Shown here piece after piece: positions 1-13,360 of a stretch of 64,000 nucleotides of DNA. The stretch is taken from NCBI RefSeq assembly GCF_046119375.1, contig NW_027362765.1:87110001-87174000 (forward strand). The letters are read 5' to 3'. Every line of letters begins with the position of its first letter. Within the stretch, counting starts at the first letter, position 1. Made by a program: the position numbers and the translations under genes. The DNA comes from Phyllobates terribilis (Eukaryota). A model generated the notes under the pieces. It was not told where the DNA came from and did not search any database. It worked only from the letters and a program-made list of their open reading frames with translations.

Positions 1-21
1 TGCTTCCCCTTCTATTACCAG

Positions 22-100
22 GCGCGTTGCTGGTGAGTGGCGTATACGACCTGCTTCCTATCATAGACACCTATGTGAATGATGCTCTGAAGATGTCGCT
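22..100 (+). CDS. AFMID: AFMID (kynurenine formamidase) internal coding exon
   Basis: ag|GCGCG...CT|gtgagt; encodes (G)ALLVSGVYDLLPIIDTYVNDALKMS(L), matching the AFMID LVSGVFDLEP region; phase joins the next exon. Confidence 0.93.
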
Positions 101-1090
101 GTGAGTCTCTGCTTCTCCATAAGATCTCTGCTTGCTGTCAGTGTATGGATTTTATTTTATTATTCTTTATCTTACAATGTGATACAATTATTTCCATCCT
201 GATACATTGTAACAAACCATCAGAGTTCCTGTACTCTGCTCCTAGACCGCCGCGTCCCCGCGGGATGAGCCGGACGTCCTATGTGACCCGGAGTCTGGTC
301 ACTGGACTAGCAGCAGCGGTTCACTGACGGCTTCCTGTTACTGTCCATATTTAGAGCACCGGTATCGAACGGCAGCAACAGGAATACACCGCCATATCTC
401 TGCTGTTAAAGTGCCACATGCAGATAAATGCAGTCTATTGCTCCCTGTTATCAGCCCTTTCAAAGGGGGAGAGGCTTATTGTTGAGAGTAGAAAGGGCTG
501 AAAAATCCCTGTCACTTAATGTCACCCATGGCCAGCCTAATGGCTCAGCTTGGGCTCTGGGGAGGTGATGAGAGGTGACTCCGATTTCTTCTGTTTAACC
601 ATTTAAGTGCCGCTGTCATTCTCCGCAACATTTAAATACAGCAATCGCAACGCGCAACTGTTCCTGCAATGCAACCACAGAGTGACAATGGCTTCCCACG
701 GAAGACAGGGGCCTATTGAAGACCCACACTATGAAGCTGATGCTACAGACTAAGCTTTCTTCAGGTTCAAGTCCCCTAAGGGGACTTAAAGGTAAAAATA
801 AATAAATAAAAAAAAGTTAAAAGCATTAAAAAAAAAGTTTTAATCTATTAAAGATTCAACCTGTTTTCTTAGTACAAACATAAATAAAAAAAGTTTATAT
901 ATTTGGCATCACCACCTCCATAAAAGTCCAATCTGTCGAAACATACAATTATTTAATCTGTACATTAAATAGAAAAAAAAAATGTAATTTTTCACCTCCC
1001 CCCAAAAAATGCAATAAAAACATTTTATGTACCCTAAAATGGTACCATCAACGAAAAAATGTAAAATACGTTACTGGCCTCAAAAAATTA

Positions 1091-1129
<39 letters not shown>

Positions 1130-1626
1130 TCGACTTTTTTTAAACCATTAAAATATACACAAGACCTTAATACAAGTTTGGTGTCGCCATAATGGTACTG
1201 ACTTGGAGAATATTGATACCTGGTTATTTTTCCTGCACAATCAACAATGTAAAAAATAAAAATAAAAAAAACTATGTTGGAAATGTATTTTTTTTTTTCA
1301 CCATTTTACAACACTTGGAATTTTTTTTCCCGTTTTCCGGCACGATATGGTAAAATAAATGGTGTCATTCAAAGCTACAACTCCTCCAGCCAAAAAAAAA
1401 CAAGAAAGAAAAACTCTCATACGGTTATGTAGACAGAAAAATAACAAAATCATGACTCTGGGAAAAGGAGAAAAAATGTATGAAAAAAAAAAAAAGGAAG
1501 TGAAGGGGTTAATAGAAATGAGCTGCAAATCTGGACATATCCCATGGACCGGTGCAGTGCCATTTCTGCTAGCCAGACGCTATTGCAACGTGACAGAAAG
1601 CGATTGTCTGATGCTTGTTTTCACAG

Positions 1627-1756
1627 GGAGGTGGCGCTAAAGAACAGCCCCATGCAATATGTCAGACAGATGAATGCTGGGAGGTGTCGCGTGGCCATTG
1701 CGGTGGCGGAGCACGACTCTCCGGAGTTCCACAGGCAGTCACAGCAATATTTCCAG
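1627..1756 (+). CDS. AFMID: AFMID coding exon containing the catalytic Asp (HDSPEF)
   Basis: tcacag|G GAG GTG...TTC CAG|gtgagg; EVALKNSPMQYVRQMNAGRCRVAIAVAEHDSPEFHRQSQQYFQ. Confidence 0.95.
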
Positions 1757-2017
1757 GTGAGGATGGTTACGAAATTGGAGCCCTGAAATTACCAGTATCA
1801 ATGAATGGCGAAAAAAATGGTGCTGCATTAGGTATGGCAGTATTCACTTAGGCGGAGCTGCAGTACCGGGCATCGCCTGTGGACAATGGTGGCGCTGTTC
1901 TTTTGCATTAGGGCCCATAGGATTCTACTGTAGACTCCAGCTGTAGTTCATTGCCTTGTATCGTCGCTTTCTGTTAATCTTGGGAAGCGGACTTAACCAT
2001 TTCCTCTCCCCTATCAG

Positions 2018-2122
2018 AGCCTAAAGGAATCAGGCCTTGGCGTCTCCTATGTTCTTGTGGACGGGACCGATCACTTTGATGTCATAGAGAAGCTATCCCA
2101 AGAAGACTACGTCCTCACCCAA
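2018..2122 (+). CDS. AFMID: AFMID coding exon containing the catalytic His (DHF)
   Basis: ctatcag|AGC...CAA|gtgagt; 105 bp, SLKESGLGVSYVLVDGTDHFDVIEKLSQEDYVLTQ. Confidence 0.95.
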
Positions 2123-2203
2123 GTGAGTCCGCCGCATTGATGTAGCAGAGCTGACTTTGTTTCGTGCAGCGTATTCACAGCCGTGCTCCCTTTTTCTTTA
2201 CAG

Positions 2204-2233
2204 CTCATCCTGAAGATGATCCTGGAACAATGA
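2204..2233 (+). CDS. AFMID: AFMID last coding exon
   Basis: ttctttacag|CTC ATC CTG AAG ATG ATC CTG GAA CAA TGA; LILKMILEQ* parallels the human C-terminus IILKTIFQ. Confidence 0.9.
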   Translation, partial: LILKMILEQ

Positions 2234-2396
2234 TGAGACTTTTCACTTGGGGCCCCAATGCAGGAACAGAACCAGGGGCCCAACATTATCACATGGCTTA
2301 CCTGGATCCACTCATGATCACCGCCTCATGTGTAGTAGTCATGTGGTCCTGTGAGGCTCTCAGACACGGGCACCCCTACAGCTACGACACTGCTAA

Positions 2397-2402
2397 AATA
2401 AA
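2397..2402 (+). terminator. Candidate AFMID polyadenylation signal (a second AATAAA lies at 2767-2772)
   Basis: AATAAA about 165 bp after the stop codon. Confidence 0.55.
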
Positions 2403-2859
2403 ACGCTCACCACTAACTATAATTGTCAATTGTGAATTTCAAGATTTGAGAAAGCTGGGTGACCACCTTGTAGGAGTCGTAACCCAGCTGTCCCACAGTC
2501 AGATACAGTATAATGACATACCGCCGAGCAGAGCTGCTTCTTCTCGGAGCGATGCACTGGCGCAGTGATTCCAACGAGTTTTGTGAGTAAAGCAGCCAGT
2601 GATGGATCGGTCATCTTGGCTACTGCCACCAGGTTCCTGTACAGATTGCAGCGGTTGACATGAGTTTGTTTGGCTGTTGCGCTCTGCATAGGCGGCAACC
2701 AACATGGCAGAAGCTAAGCAGCTAATGAATCCTGTGCACTGCACTATGTTCTCCCCACAGCTCTCTAATAAAAAAGCTGTCCCAAATGTATAAAAAAAAG
2801 TGTCCGTAAACAAAAAATAAATACTAATATAATACACTTTTACTTTTTTCAACTCTAAC

Positions 2860-5800
2860 TAGGGCTCAGGTTACAGCTTAGGTTAGGGCTCAGGTTAGAC
2901 CTAGAGTTCACGCTCAGAGCAGGGCTTTGGTTAGGGCTCAGGTTCAAGTTAGGGCTAGAAGTAAGGCCCTAGTTACTGTTCAGGATAGGGTTAGAGTTAT
3001 AGAGTTAGGTCTCAGAGCAGGGCTTGGGTTATAGCTCAGGTTAGAGCTAGAGTTCACGCTCAGAGCAGGGCTTGGGTTAGGGCTCAGGTTAGAGCTAGAG
3101 TTCGCGCTCAGAGCAGGGCTTGGGTTAGGGCTCAGGTTAGAGCTAGAGTTCGTGCTCAGAGCAGGGCTTGGGTTATAGCTCAGGTTAGAGCTAGAGTTCG
3201 CGCTCAGAGCAGGGCTTGGGTTAGGGCTCAGTTTAGAGCTAGAGTTAGCACTCAGAGCAGGGCTTTGGTTATAGCTCAGGCTAGAGCTAGAGTTAGCGCT
3301 CAGAGCAGGGCTTGGGTTAGGGCTCAGGTTAGAGCTAGAGTTAGCACTCAGAGCAGGGCTTTGGTTATAGCTCAGGCTAGAGCTAGAGTTAGCGCTCAGA
3401 GCAGGGCTTGGGTTATAGCTCAGGTTAGATCTAGAGTTCGTGCTCAGAGCAGGGCTTGGGTTATAGCTCAGGTTAGATCTAGAGTTCGTGCTCAGAGCAG
3501 GGCTTGGGTTATAGCTCAGGTTAGATCTAGAGTTCGTGCTCAGAGCAGGGCTTGGGTTATAGCTCAGGTTAGAGCTAGAGTTTGTGCTCAAAGCAGGGCT
3601 TGGGTTAGGGCTCAGGTTAGAGCTAGAGTTAGCGCTCAGAGCAGGGCTTGGGTTATAGCTCAGGTTAGATCTAGAGTTCGTGCTCAAAGCAGGGCTTGGG
3701 TTAGGGCTCAGGTTAGATCTAGAGTTCGTGCTCAGAGCAGGGCTTGGGTTATAGCTCAGGTTAGATCTAGAGTTCGTGCTCAGAGCAGGGCTTGGGTTAT
3801 AGCTCAGGTTAGATCTAGAGTTCGTGCTCAGAGCAGGGCTTGGGTTAGGGCTCAGGTTAGAGCTAGAGTTAGCGCTCAGGGAAGGGCTTGGCTTAGGGCT
3901 CAGGTTAGAGCTAGAGTTCACGCTCAGAGCAGGGCTTAGGTGACGGCTCAGGTTAGAGCTAGAATTCGCGCTCAGAGCAGGGCTTGGGTTAGGGCTCAGG
4001 TTAGAGCTAGAGTTAGCGCTCAGAGCAGGGCTTAGGTTATAGCTCAGGTTAGAGCTAGAGTTCGCACTCAGAGCAGGGCTTGGGTTATAGCTCAGGTTAG
4101 AGCTAGAGTTAGCGCTCAGAGCAGGGCTTGGGTTATAGCTCAGGTTAGAGCTAGAGTTCGTGCTCAGAGCAGGGCTTGGGTTAGGGCTCAGATTAGAGCT
4201 AGAGTTCACACTCAGAGCAGGGCTTGAGTTAGGGCTCAGGTTAAAGCTAGAGTTAGCGCTCAGAGCAGGGCTTGGGTTAGGGCTCAGGTTAGAGCTAGAG
4301 TTCGTGCTCAGAGCAGGGCTTGGGCTACGGCTCAGAATAGAGCTAGAGTTTGTGCTCAGAGCAGGGCTTGGGTTAGGGCTCAGTTTTGAGCTAGAGTTAG
4401 CGTTCAGAGCAGTACTTAGGTTGTAGCTCAGGTTAGAGCTAGAGATCGCGCTCAGAGCAGGGCTTGGTTATAGCTCAGGTTAGAGCTAGAGTTAGCGCTC
4501 AGAGCAGGGCTTGGGTTACGGCTCAGATTAGAGCTAGAGTTCGCGCTCAGAGCAGGGCTTGGATTAGGGCTCAGGTTAGAGCTAGAGTTCGCGCTCAGAG
4601 CAGGGCTTGGGTTAGGGCTCAGGTTAGAGCTTGAGTTAGCGCTCAGAGCAGGGCTTAGGTTATAGCTCAGGTTAGAGCTTGAGTTCGCGCTCAGAGCAGG
4701 GCTTGGGTTATAGCTCAGGTTAGAGCTAGAGTTTGTGCTCAGAGCAGGGCTTAGGTTATAGCTCAGGTTAGAGTTAGAGTTCGCGCTCAGAGCAGGGCTT
4801 GGGTTATAGCTCAGGTTAGAGCAAGAGTTCACGCTCAGAGCAGGGCTTGGGTTAGGGCTCAGCTTAGAGCTAGAGTTCGCGCTCAGAGCAGGGCTTGGGT
4901 TAGGGCTCAGTTTTGAGCTAGAGTTCGCGATCAGAGCAGGGCTTGGGTTATAGCTCAGGTTAGAGCTAGAGTTAGCGCTCAGAGCAGGGCTTGGTTTAGG
5001 GCTCAGATTAGAGCTAGAGTTCGCGCTCAGAGCAGGGCTTGGGTTATAGCTCAGGTTAGAGCTAGAGTTAGCGCTCAGAGCAGGGCTTGGGTTACGGCTC
5101 AGATTAGAGCTAGAGTTCGCGCTCAGAGCAGGGCTTGGATTAGGGCTCAGGTTAGAGCTAGAGTTCGCGCTCAGAGCAGGGCTTGGGTTAGGGCTCAGGT
5201 TAGAGCTAGAGTTAGCGCTCAGAGCAGGGCTTAGGTTATAGCTCAGGTTAGAGCTTGAGTTTGTGCTCAGAGCATGGCTTGGGTTATAGCTCAGGTTAGA
5301 GCTAGAGTTCGCACTCAGAGCAGGGCTTGGGTTAGGGCTCAGGTTAGAGCTGGAGTTCGCGCTCAGAGCAGGGCTTTGGTTATAGCTCAGGTTAGAGCAA
5401 GAGTTCACGCTCAGAGCAGGGCTTGGGTTAGGGCTCAGCTTAGAGCTAGAGTTCGCGCTCAGAGCAGGGCTTGGGTTAGGGCTCAGTTTTGAGCTAGAGT
5501 TAGCGCTCAGAGCAGGGCTTAGGTTATAGCTCAGGTTAGAGCTAGAGTTGGCGCTCAGAGCAGGGCTTGGGTTAGGGCTCAGGTTAGAGCTAGAGTTCGC
5601 GATCAGAGCAGGGCTTGGGTTAGAGCTCAGGTTAGAGCTAGAGTTAGCGCTCAGAGCAGGGCTTGGTTTAGGGCTCAGATTAGAGCTAGAGTTCGCGCTC
5701 AGAGCAGGGCTTGGGTTAGGGCTCAGTTTTGAGCTAGAGTTAGCGCTCAAAGCAGGTCTTAGGTTATAGCTCAGGTTAGAGCTAGAGTTCGCGCTCAGAG

Positions 5801-8800
5801 CAGGGCTTGGGTTAGGGCTCAGTTTTGAGCTAAAGTTCGCGCGCAGGGCTTGGGTTACGGCTCAGATTAGAGCTAGAGTTCGCGCTCAGAGCAGGGCTTG
5901 GGTTAGGGCTCTGTTTAGAGCCAGAGTTAGCACTCAGAGCAGGGCTTTGGTTATAGCTCAGGTTAGAGCTAGAGTTAGCGCTCAGAGCAGGGCTTGGGTT
6001 AGGGCTCAGGTTAGAGCTAGAGTTCGTGCTCAGAGTAGGGCTTGGGTTACGGCTCAGATTAGAGCTAGAGTTCGCGCTCAGAGCAGGGCTTGGGTTAGGG
6101 CTCAGGTTAGAGCTAGAGTTCGCGCTCAGAGCAGGGCTTGGGTTATAGCTCAGGTTAGAGCTAGAGTTAGCGCTCAGAGCAGGGCTTGGGTTACGGCTCA
6201 GATTAGAGCTAGAGTTCGCGCTCAGAGCAGGGCTTGGATTAGGGCTCAGGTTAGAGCTAGAGTTCGCGCTCAGAGCAGGGCTTGGGTAAGGGCTCAGGTT
6301 AGAACTAGAGTTAGCGCTCAGAGCAGGGCTTAGGTTATAGCTCAGGTTAGAGCTTGAGTTCGCGCTCAGAGCAGGGCTTGGGTTATAGCTCAGGTTAGAG
6401 CTAGAGTTTGTGCTCAGAGCAGGGCTTAGGTTATAGCTCAGGTTAGAGTTCGTGCTCAGAGCAGGGCTTGGGTTATAGCTCGGGTTAGAGCAAGAGTTCA
6501 CGCTCAGAGCAGGGCTTGGGTTAGGGCTCAGCTTAGAGCTAGAGTTCGCGCTCAGAGCAGGGCTTGGGTTAGGGCTCAGTTTTGAGCTAGAGTTAGCGCT
6601 CAGAGCAGGGCTTAGGTTATAGCTCAGGTTAGAGCTAGAGTTAGCGCTCAGAGCAGGGCTTGGGTTAGGGCTTAGGTTAGAGCTAGAGTTCGCGATCAGA
6701 GCAGGGCTTGGGTTATAGCTCAGGTTAGAGCTAGAGTTAGCGCTCAGAGCAGGGCTTGGTTTAGGGCTCAGATTAGAGCTAGAGTTCGCCCTCAGAGCAG
6801 GGCTTGGGTTATAGCTCAGGTTAGAGCTAGAGTTAGCGCTCAGAGCAGGGCTTGGGTTACGGCTCAGATTAGAGCTAGAGTTCGCGCTCAGAGCAGGGCT
6901 TGGATTAGGGCTCAGGTTAGAGCTAGAGTTCGCGCTCAGAGCAGGGCTTGGGTTAGGGCTCAGGTTAGAGCTAGAGTTAGCGCTCAGAGCAGGGCTTGGG
7001 TTATCGCTCAGGTTAGAGCTAGAGTTCGCACTCAGAGCAGGGCTTGGGTTAGGGCTCAGGTTAGAGCTAGAGTTCGCGCTCAGAGCAGGGCTTTGGTTAT
7101 AGCTCAGGTTAGAGCTAGAGTTCGCACTCAGAGCAGGGCTTGGGTTAGGGCTCAGGTTAGAGCTAGAGTTCGCGCTCAGAGCAGGGCTTTGGTTATAGCT
7201 CAGGTTAGAGCAAGAGTTCACGCTCAGAGCAGGGCTTGGGTTAGGGCTCAGCTTAGAGCTAGAGTTCGCGCTCAGAGCAGGGCTTGGGTTAGGGCTCTGT
7301 TTTGAGCTAGAGTTAGCGCTCAGAGCAGGGCTTAGGTTATAGCTCAGGTTAGAGCTAGAGTTGGCGCTCAGAGCAGGGCTTGGGTTAGGGCTCAGGTTAG
7401 AGCTAGAGTTCGCGATCAGAGCAGGGCTTGGGTTATAGCTCAGGTTAGAGCTAGAGTTTGCGCTCAGAGCAGGGCTTGGTTTAGGGCTCAGATTAGAGCT
7501 AGAGTTCGCGCTCAGAGCAGGGCTTGGGTTAGGGCTCAGTTTTGAGCTAGAGTTAGCGCTCATAGCAGGGCTTAGGTTATAGCTCAGGTTAGAGCTAGAG
7601 TTCGCGCTCAGAGCAGGGCTTGGGTTAGGGCTCAGTTTTGAGCTAAAGTTCGCGCTCAGAGCAGGGCTTGGGTTACGGCTCAGATTAGAGCTAGAGTTCG
7701 TGCTCAGAGCAGGGCTTGGGTTATAGCTCAGGTTAGAGCTAGAGTTAGCGCTCAGAGCAGGGCTTGGGTTAGGGCTCAGTTTAGAGCTAGAGTTAGCACT
7801 CAGAGCAGGGCTTTGGTTATAGCTCAGGTTAGAGCTAGAGTTAGCGCTCAGAGCAGGGCTTGGGTTAGGGCTCAGGTTAGAGCTAGAGTTCGTGCTCAGA
7901 GCAGGGCTTGGGTTACGGCTCAGATTAGAGCTAGAGTTCGCGCTCAGAGCAGGGCTTGGGTTATAGCTCAAGTTAGAGCTAGAGTTAGCGCTCAGAGCAG
8001 GGCTTGGGTTACGGCTCAGATTAGAGCTAGAGTTAGCGCTCAGAGCAGGGCTTGGATTAGGGCTCAGGTTAGAGCTAGAGTTCGCGCTCAGAGCAGGGCT
8101 TGGGTTAGGGCTCAGGTTAAAGCTAGAGTTAGCGCTCAGAGCAGGGCTTAGGTTATAGCTCAGGTTAGAGCTAGAGTTCGCGCTCAGAGCAGGGCTTGGG
8201 TTAGGGCTCAGGTTAGAGCTAGAGTTAGCGCTCAGAGCAGGGCTTGGTTTATAGCTCAGGTTAGAGCTAGAGTTCGCGCTCAGAGCAGTGCTTGGGTTAG
8301 GGCTCAGTTTCGAGCAAAAGTTCGCCCTCAGAGCAGGGCTTGGGTTATGGCTCAGATTAGAGCAAGAGTTCGCGCTCAGAGCAGGGCTTGGGTTATAGCT
8401 CAGGTTAGAGCTAGAGTTAGCGCTCAGAGCAGGGCTTGGGTTATAGCTCAGGTTAGAGCTAGAGTTAGCGCTCAGAGCAGGGCTTGGGTTAGGGCTCAGG
8501 TTAGAGCTAGAGTTAGCGCTCAGAGCAGGGCTTGGGTTAGGGCTCAGGTTAGAGCTAGAGTTCGCGCTCAGAGCAGGGCTTGGGTTACGGCTCAGATTAG
8601 AGCTAGAGTTCGCGCTCAGAGCAGCGCTTGGATTAGGGCTCAGGTTAGAGCTAGAGTTCGCGCTCAGAGCAGGGCTTGGGTTATAGCTCAGGTTAGAGCT
8701 TGAGTTCGCGCTCAGAGCAGGGCTTGGGTTATAGCTCAGGTTAGAGCTAGAGTTTGTGCTCAGAGCAGGGCTTAGGTTATAGCTCAGGTTAGAGCTAGAG

Positions 8801-11800
8801 TTCGCGCTCAGAGCAGGGCTTGGGTTAGGGCTCAGGTTAGAGCTAGAGTTCGCGATCAGAGCAGGGCTTGGGTTATAGCTCAGGTTAGAGCTAGAGTTAG
8901 CGCTCAGAGCAGGGCTTGGTTTAGGGCTCAGATTAGAGCTAGAGTTCGCGCTCAGAGCAGGGCTTGGGTTAGGGCTCAGTTTTGAGCTAGAGTTAGCACT
9001 CAAAGCAGGGCTTGGGTTACGGCTCAGATTAGAGCTAGAGTTCGCGCTCAGAGCAGGGCTTGGGTTATAGCTCAGGTTAGAGCTAGAGTTAGCGCTCAGA
9101 GCAGGGCTTGGGTTATAGCTCAGGTTAGAGCTAGAGTTTGTGCTCAGAGCAGGGCTTGGGTTATAGCTCAGGTTAGAGCTAGAGTTCACGCTCAGAGCAG
9201 GGCTTGGGTTAGGGCTCAGCTTAGAGCTAGAGTTCGCGCTCAGAGCAGGGCTTGGGTTAGGGCTCAGTTTTGAGCTAGAGTTAGCGCTCAGAGCAGGGCT
9301 TAGGTTATAGCTCAGGTTAGAGCTAGAGTTCGCGCTCAGAGCAGGGCTTGGGTTAGGGCTCAGGTTAGAGCTAGAGTTCGAGATCAGAGCAGGGCTTGGG
9401 TTATAGCTCAGGTTAGAGCTAGAGTTAGCGCTCAGAGCAGGGCTTGGTTTAGGGCTCAGATTAGAGCTAGAGTTCGCGCTCAGAGCAGGGCTTGGGTTAG
9501 GGCTCAGTTTTGAGCTAGAGTTAGCACTCAAAGCAGGGCTTAGCTTATAGCTCAGGTTAGAGCTAGAGTTCGCGCTCAGAGTAGGGCTTGGGTTAGGGCT
9601 CAGTTTTGAGCTAAAGTTCGCGCTCAGAGCAGGGCTTGGGTTACGGCTCAGATTAGAGCTAGAGTTCGCGCTCAGAGCAGGGCTTGGGTTATAGCTCAGG
9701 TTAGAGCTAGAGTTAGCGCTCAGAGCAGGGCTTGGGTTATAGCTCAGGTCAGAGCTAGAGTTATCGCTCAGAGCAGGGCTTGGGTTATAGCTCAGGTTAG
9801 AGCTAGAGTTGGCGCTCAGAGCAGGGCTTGGGTTAGGGCTCAGGTTAGAGCTAGAGTTCGCGATCAGAGCAGGGCTTGGGTTATAGCTCAGGTTAGAGCT
9901 AGAGTTGGCGCTCAGAGCAGGGCTTGGTTTAGGGCTCAGATTAGAGCTAGAGTTCGCGCTCAGAGCAGGGCTTGGGTTAGGGCTCACTTTTGAGCTAGAG
10001 TTAGCACTCAAAGCAGGGCTTGGGTTACGGCTCAGATTAGAGCTAGAGTTCGCGCTCAGAGCAGGGCTTGGGTTATAGCTCAGGTTAGAGCTAGAGTTAG
10101 CGCTCAGAGCAGGGCTTGGGTTATAGCTCAGGTCAGAGCTAGAGTTATCGCTCAGAGCAGGGCTTGGGTTAGGGCTCATTTTAGAGCTAGAGTTAGCACT
10201 CAGAGCAGGGCTTGGGTTACGGCTCTGATTAGAGCTAGAGTTCGCGCTCAGAGCAGGGCTTGGGTTAGGGCTCAGTTTTGAGCTAGAGTTAGCGCTCAGA
10301 GCAGGGCTTAGGTTATAGCTCAGGTTAGAGCTAGAGTTGGCGCTCAGAGCAGGGCTTGGGTTAGGGCTCAGGTTAGAGCTAGAGTTCGCTATCAGAGCAG
10401 GGCTTGGGTTATAGCTCAGGTTAGAGCTAGAGTTAGCGCTCAGAGCAGGGCTTGGGTTAGGGCTCAGTTTTGAGCTAAAGTTCGCGCTCAGAGCAGGGCT
10501 TGGGTTACGGCTCAGATTAGAGCTAGAGTTCGCGCTCAGAGCAGGGCTTGGGTTATAGCTCAGGTTAGAGCTAGAGTTAGCGCTCAGAGCAGGGCTTGGG
10601 TTATAGGTCAGGTCAGAGCTAGAGTTATCGCTTAGAGCAGGGCTTGGGTTAGGGCTCAGTTTAGAGCTAGAGTTAGCACTCAGAGCAGGGCTTTGGTTAT
10701 AGCTCAGGTTAGAGCTAGAGTTAGCGCTCAGAGCAGGGCTTGGGTTAGGGCTCAGGTTAGAGCTAGAGTTCGTGCTCAGAGCAGGGCTTGGGTTACGGCT
10801 CAGATTAGAGCTAGAGTTCGCGCTCAGAGCAGGGCTTGGATTAGGGCTCAGGTTAGAGCTAGAGTTCGCGCTCAGAGCAGGGCTTGGGTTAGGGTCAGGT
10901 TAAAGCTAGAGTTAGCGCTCAGAGCAGGGCTTAGGTTATAGCTCAGGTTAGAGCTAGAGTTCGCGCTCAGAGCAGGGCTTGGGTTAGGGCTCAGGTTAGA
11001 GTTAGAGTTCGCGCTCAGAGCAGGGCTTGGTTTATAGCTCAGGTTAGAGCTAGAGTTCGCGCTCAGAGCAGTGCTTGGGTTAGGGCTCAGTTTCGAGCAA
11101 AAGTTCGCCCTCAGAGCAGGGCTTGGGTTATGGCTCAGATTAGAGCTAGAGTTCGCGCTCAGAGCAGGGCTTGGGTTATAGCTCAGGTTAGAGCTAGAGT
11201 TAGCGCTCAGAGCAGGGCTTGGGTTATAGCTCAGGTTAGAGCTAGAGTTAGCGCTCAGAGCAGGGCTTGGGTTAGGGCTCAGTTTAGAGCTAGAGTTAGC
11301 GCTCAGAGCAGGGCTTGGGTTAGTGCTCAGGTTAGAGCTAGAGTTCATGCTCAGAGCAGGGCTTGGGTTACGGCTCAGATTAGAGCTAGAGTTCGCGCTC
11401 AGAGCAGGGCTTGGATTAGGGCTCAGGTTAGAGCTAGAGTTCGCGCTCAGAGCAGGGCTTGGTTAGGGCTCAGGTTAGAGCTAGAGTTAGCGCTCAGAGC
11501 AGGGCTTAGGTTATAGCTCACGTTAGAGCTTGAGTTCGCGCTCAGAGCAGGGCTTGGGTTATAGCTCAGGTTAGAGCTAGAGTTTATGCTCAGAGCAGGG
11601 CTTGGGTTATAGCTCAGGTTAGAGCTAGAGTTCGCACTCAGAGCAGGGCTTGGGTTAGGGCTCAGGTTAGAGCTAGAGTTCGCGCTCAGAGCAGGGCTTT
11701 GGTTATAGCTCAGGTTAGAGCAAGAGTTCACGCTCAGAGCAGGGCTTGGGTTAGGGCTCAGCTTAGAGCTAGAGTTTGCGCTCAGAGCAGGGCTTAGGTT

Positions 11801-13360
11801 ATAGCTCAGGTTAGAGCTAGAGTTGGCGCTCAGAGCAGGGCTTTGGTTAGGGCTCAGGTTAGAGCTAGCGTTCGCGATCAGAGCAGGGCTTGGGTTATAG
11901 CTCAGGTTAGAGCTAGAGTTAGCGCTCAGAGCAGGGCTTAGGTTATAGCTCAGGTTAGAGCTAGAGTTCGCGCTCAGAGCAGGGCTTGGTTTAGGGCTCA
12001 GTTTTGAGCTAAAGTTCGCGCTCAGAGCAGGGCTTGGGTTACGGCTCAGATTAGAGTTCGCGCTCAGAGCAGGGCTTGGGTTATAGCTCAGGTTAGAGCT
12101 AGAGTTAGCGCTCAGAGCAGGGCTTGGGTTATAGCTCAGGTCAGAGCTAGAGTTATCGCTCAGAGCAGGGCTTGGGTTAGGGCTCAGTTTAGAGCTAGAG
12201 TTAGCACTCAGAGCAGGGCTTTGGTTATAGCTCAGGTTAGAGCTAGAGTTAGCGCTCAGAGCAGGGCTTGGGTTAGGGCTCAGGTTAGAGCTAGAGTTCG
12301 TGCTCAGAGCAGGGCTTGGGTTACGACTCAGATTAGAGCTAGAGTTCGCGCTCAGAGCAGGGCTTGGGTTAGGGCTCAGGTTAGAGCTAGAGTTCGCGCT
12401 CAGAGCAGGGCTTGGGTTAGGGCTCAGGTTAGAGCTAGAGTTCGCGCTCAGAGCAGGGCTTGGGTTAGGGCTCAGTTTTGAGCTAGATTTAGCGCTCAGA
12501 GCAGGGCTTAGGTTATAGCTCAGGCTAGAGTTAGCGCTCAGAGCAGGGCTTGGGTTAGGGCTCAGGTTAGAGCTAGAGTTTGTGCTCAGAGCAGGGCTTG
12601 GGTTATAGCTCAGGTTAGAGCTAGAGTTCGCGCTCAGAGCAGGGCTTGGGTTAGGGCTCAGTTTTAAGCTAAAGTTCGCACTCAGAGCAGGGCTTGGTTA
12701 GGGCTCAGATTAGAGCTAGAGTTAGCGCTCAGAGCATGGCTTGGGTTAGGGCTCAGGTTAGAGCTAGAATTTGCGCTCAGAGTAGGGCTTGGGTTAGGGC
12801 TCAGATTAGAGTTTGTGCTCAGAGCAGGGCTTGGGTTAGGGCTCAGGTTAGAGCTAGAGTTCGCGCTCAGAGTAGGGCTTGGTTAGGGCTCAGTTTAGAG
12901 CTACAGTTAGTGCTCAGAGCAGGGCTTGGGTTATAGCTCAGGTTAGAGCTAGAGTTAGCGCTCAGAGCAGGGCTTGGGTTAGGGCTCAGGTTAGAGCTAG
13001 AGTTCGCGCTCAGAGCAGGGCTTGGGTTAGGGCTCAGGTTAGAGCTAGAGTTAGCGCTCAGAGCAGGGCTTGGGTTATAGCTCAGGTTAGAGCTACAGTT
13101 AGCGTCAAGAGCAGGGCTTGGTTAGGGCTCAGTTTAGAGCTAGAGTTAGCGCTCAGAGCATGGCTTGGGTTAGGGCTCAGGTTAGAGCTAGAATTTGCGC
13201 TCCGAGTAGGGCTTGGGTTAGGGCTCAGATTAGAGTTTGTGCTCAGAGCAGGGCTTGGGTTAGGGCTCAGGTTCAAGTTAGGGCTAGAAGTAAGGCCCTG
13301 GTTACTGTTCAGGTTAGGGTTAGAGTTATAGATTTAGGTCTTAGAGCAGGGCTTGGGTTA
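2860..13360 (+). repeat. 48-bp tandem satellite (~215 units) made of 8 degenerate TTAGGG-like hexamers
   Basis: Consensus GTTCGC GCTCAG AGCAGG GCTTGG GTTAGG GCTCAG GTTAGA GCTAGA; 16-aa periodicity in all ORF translations. Confidence 0.97.
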
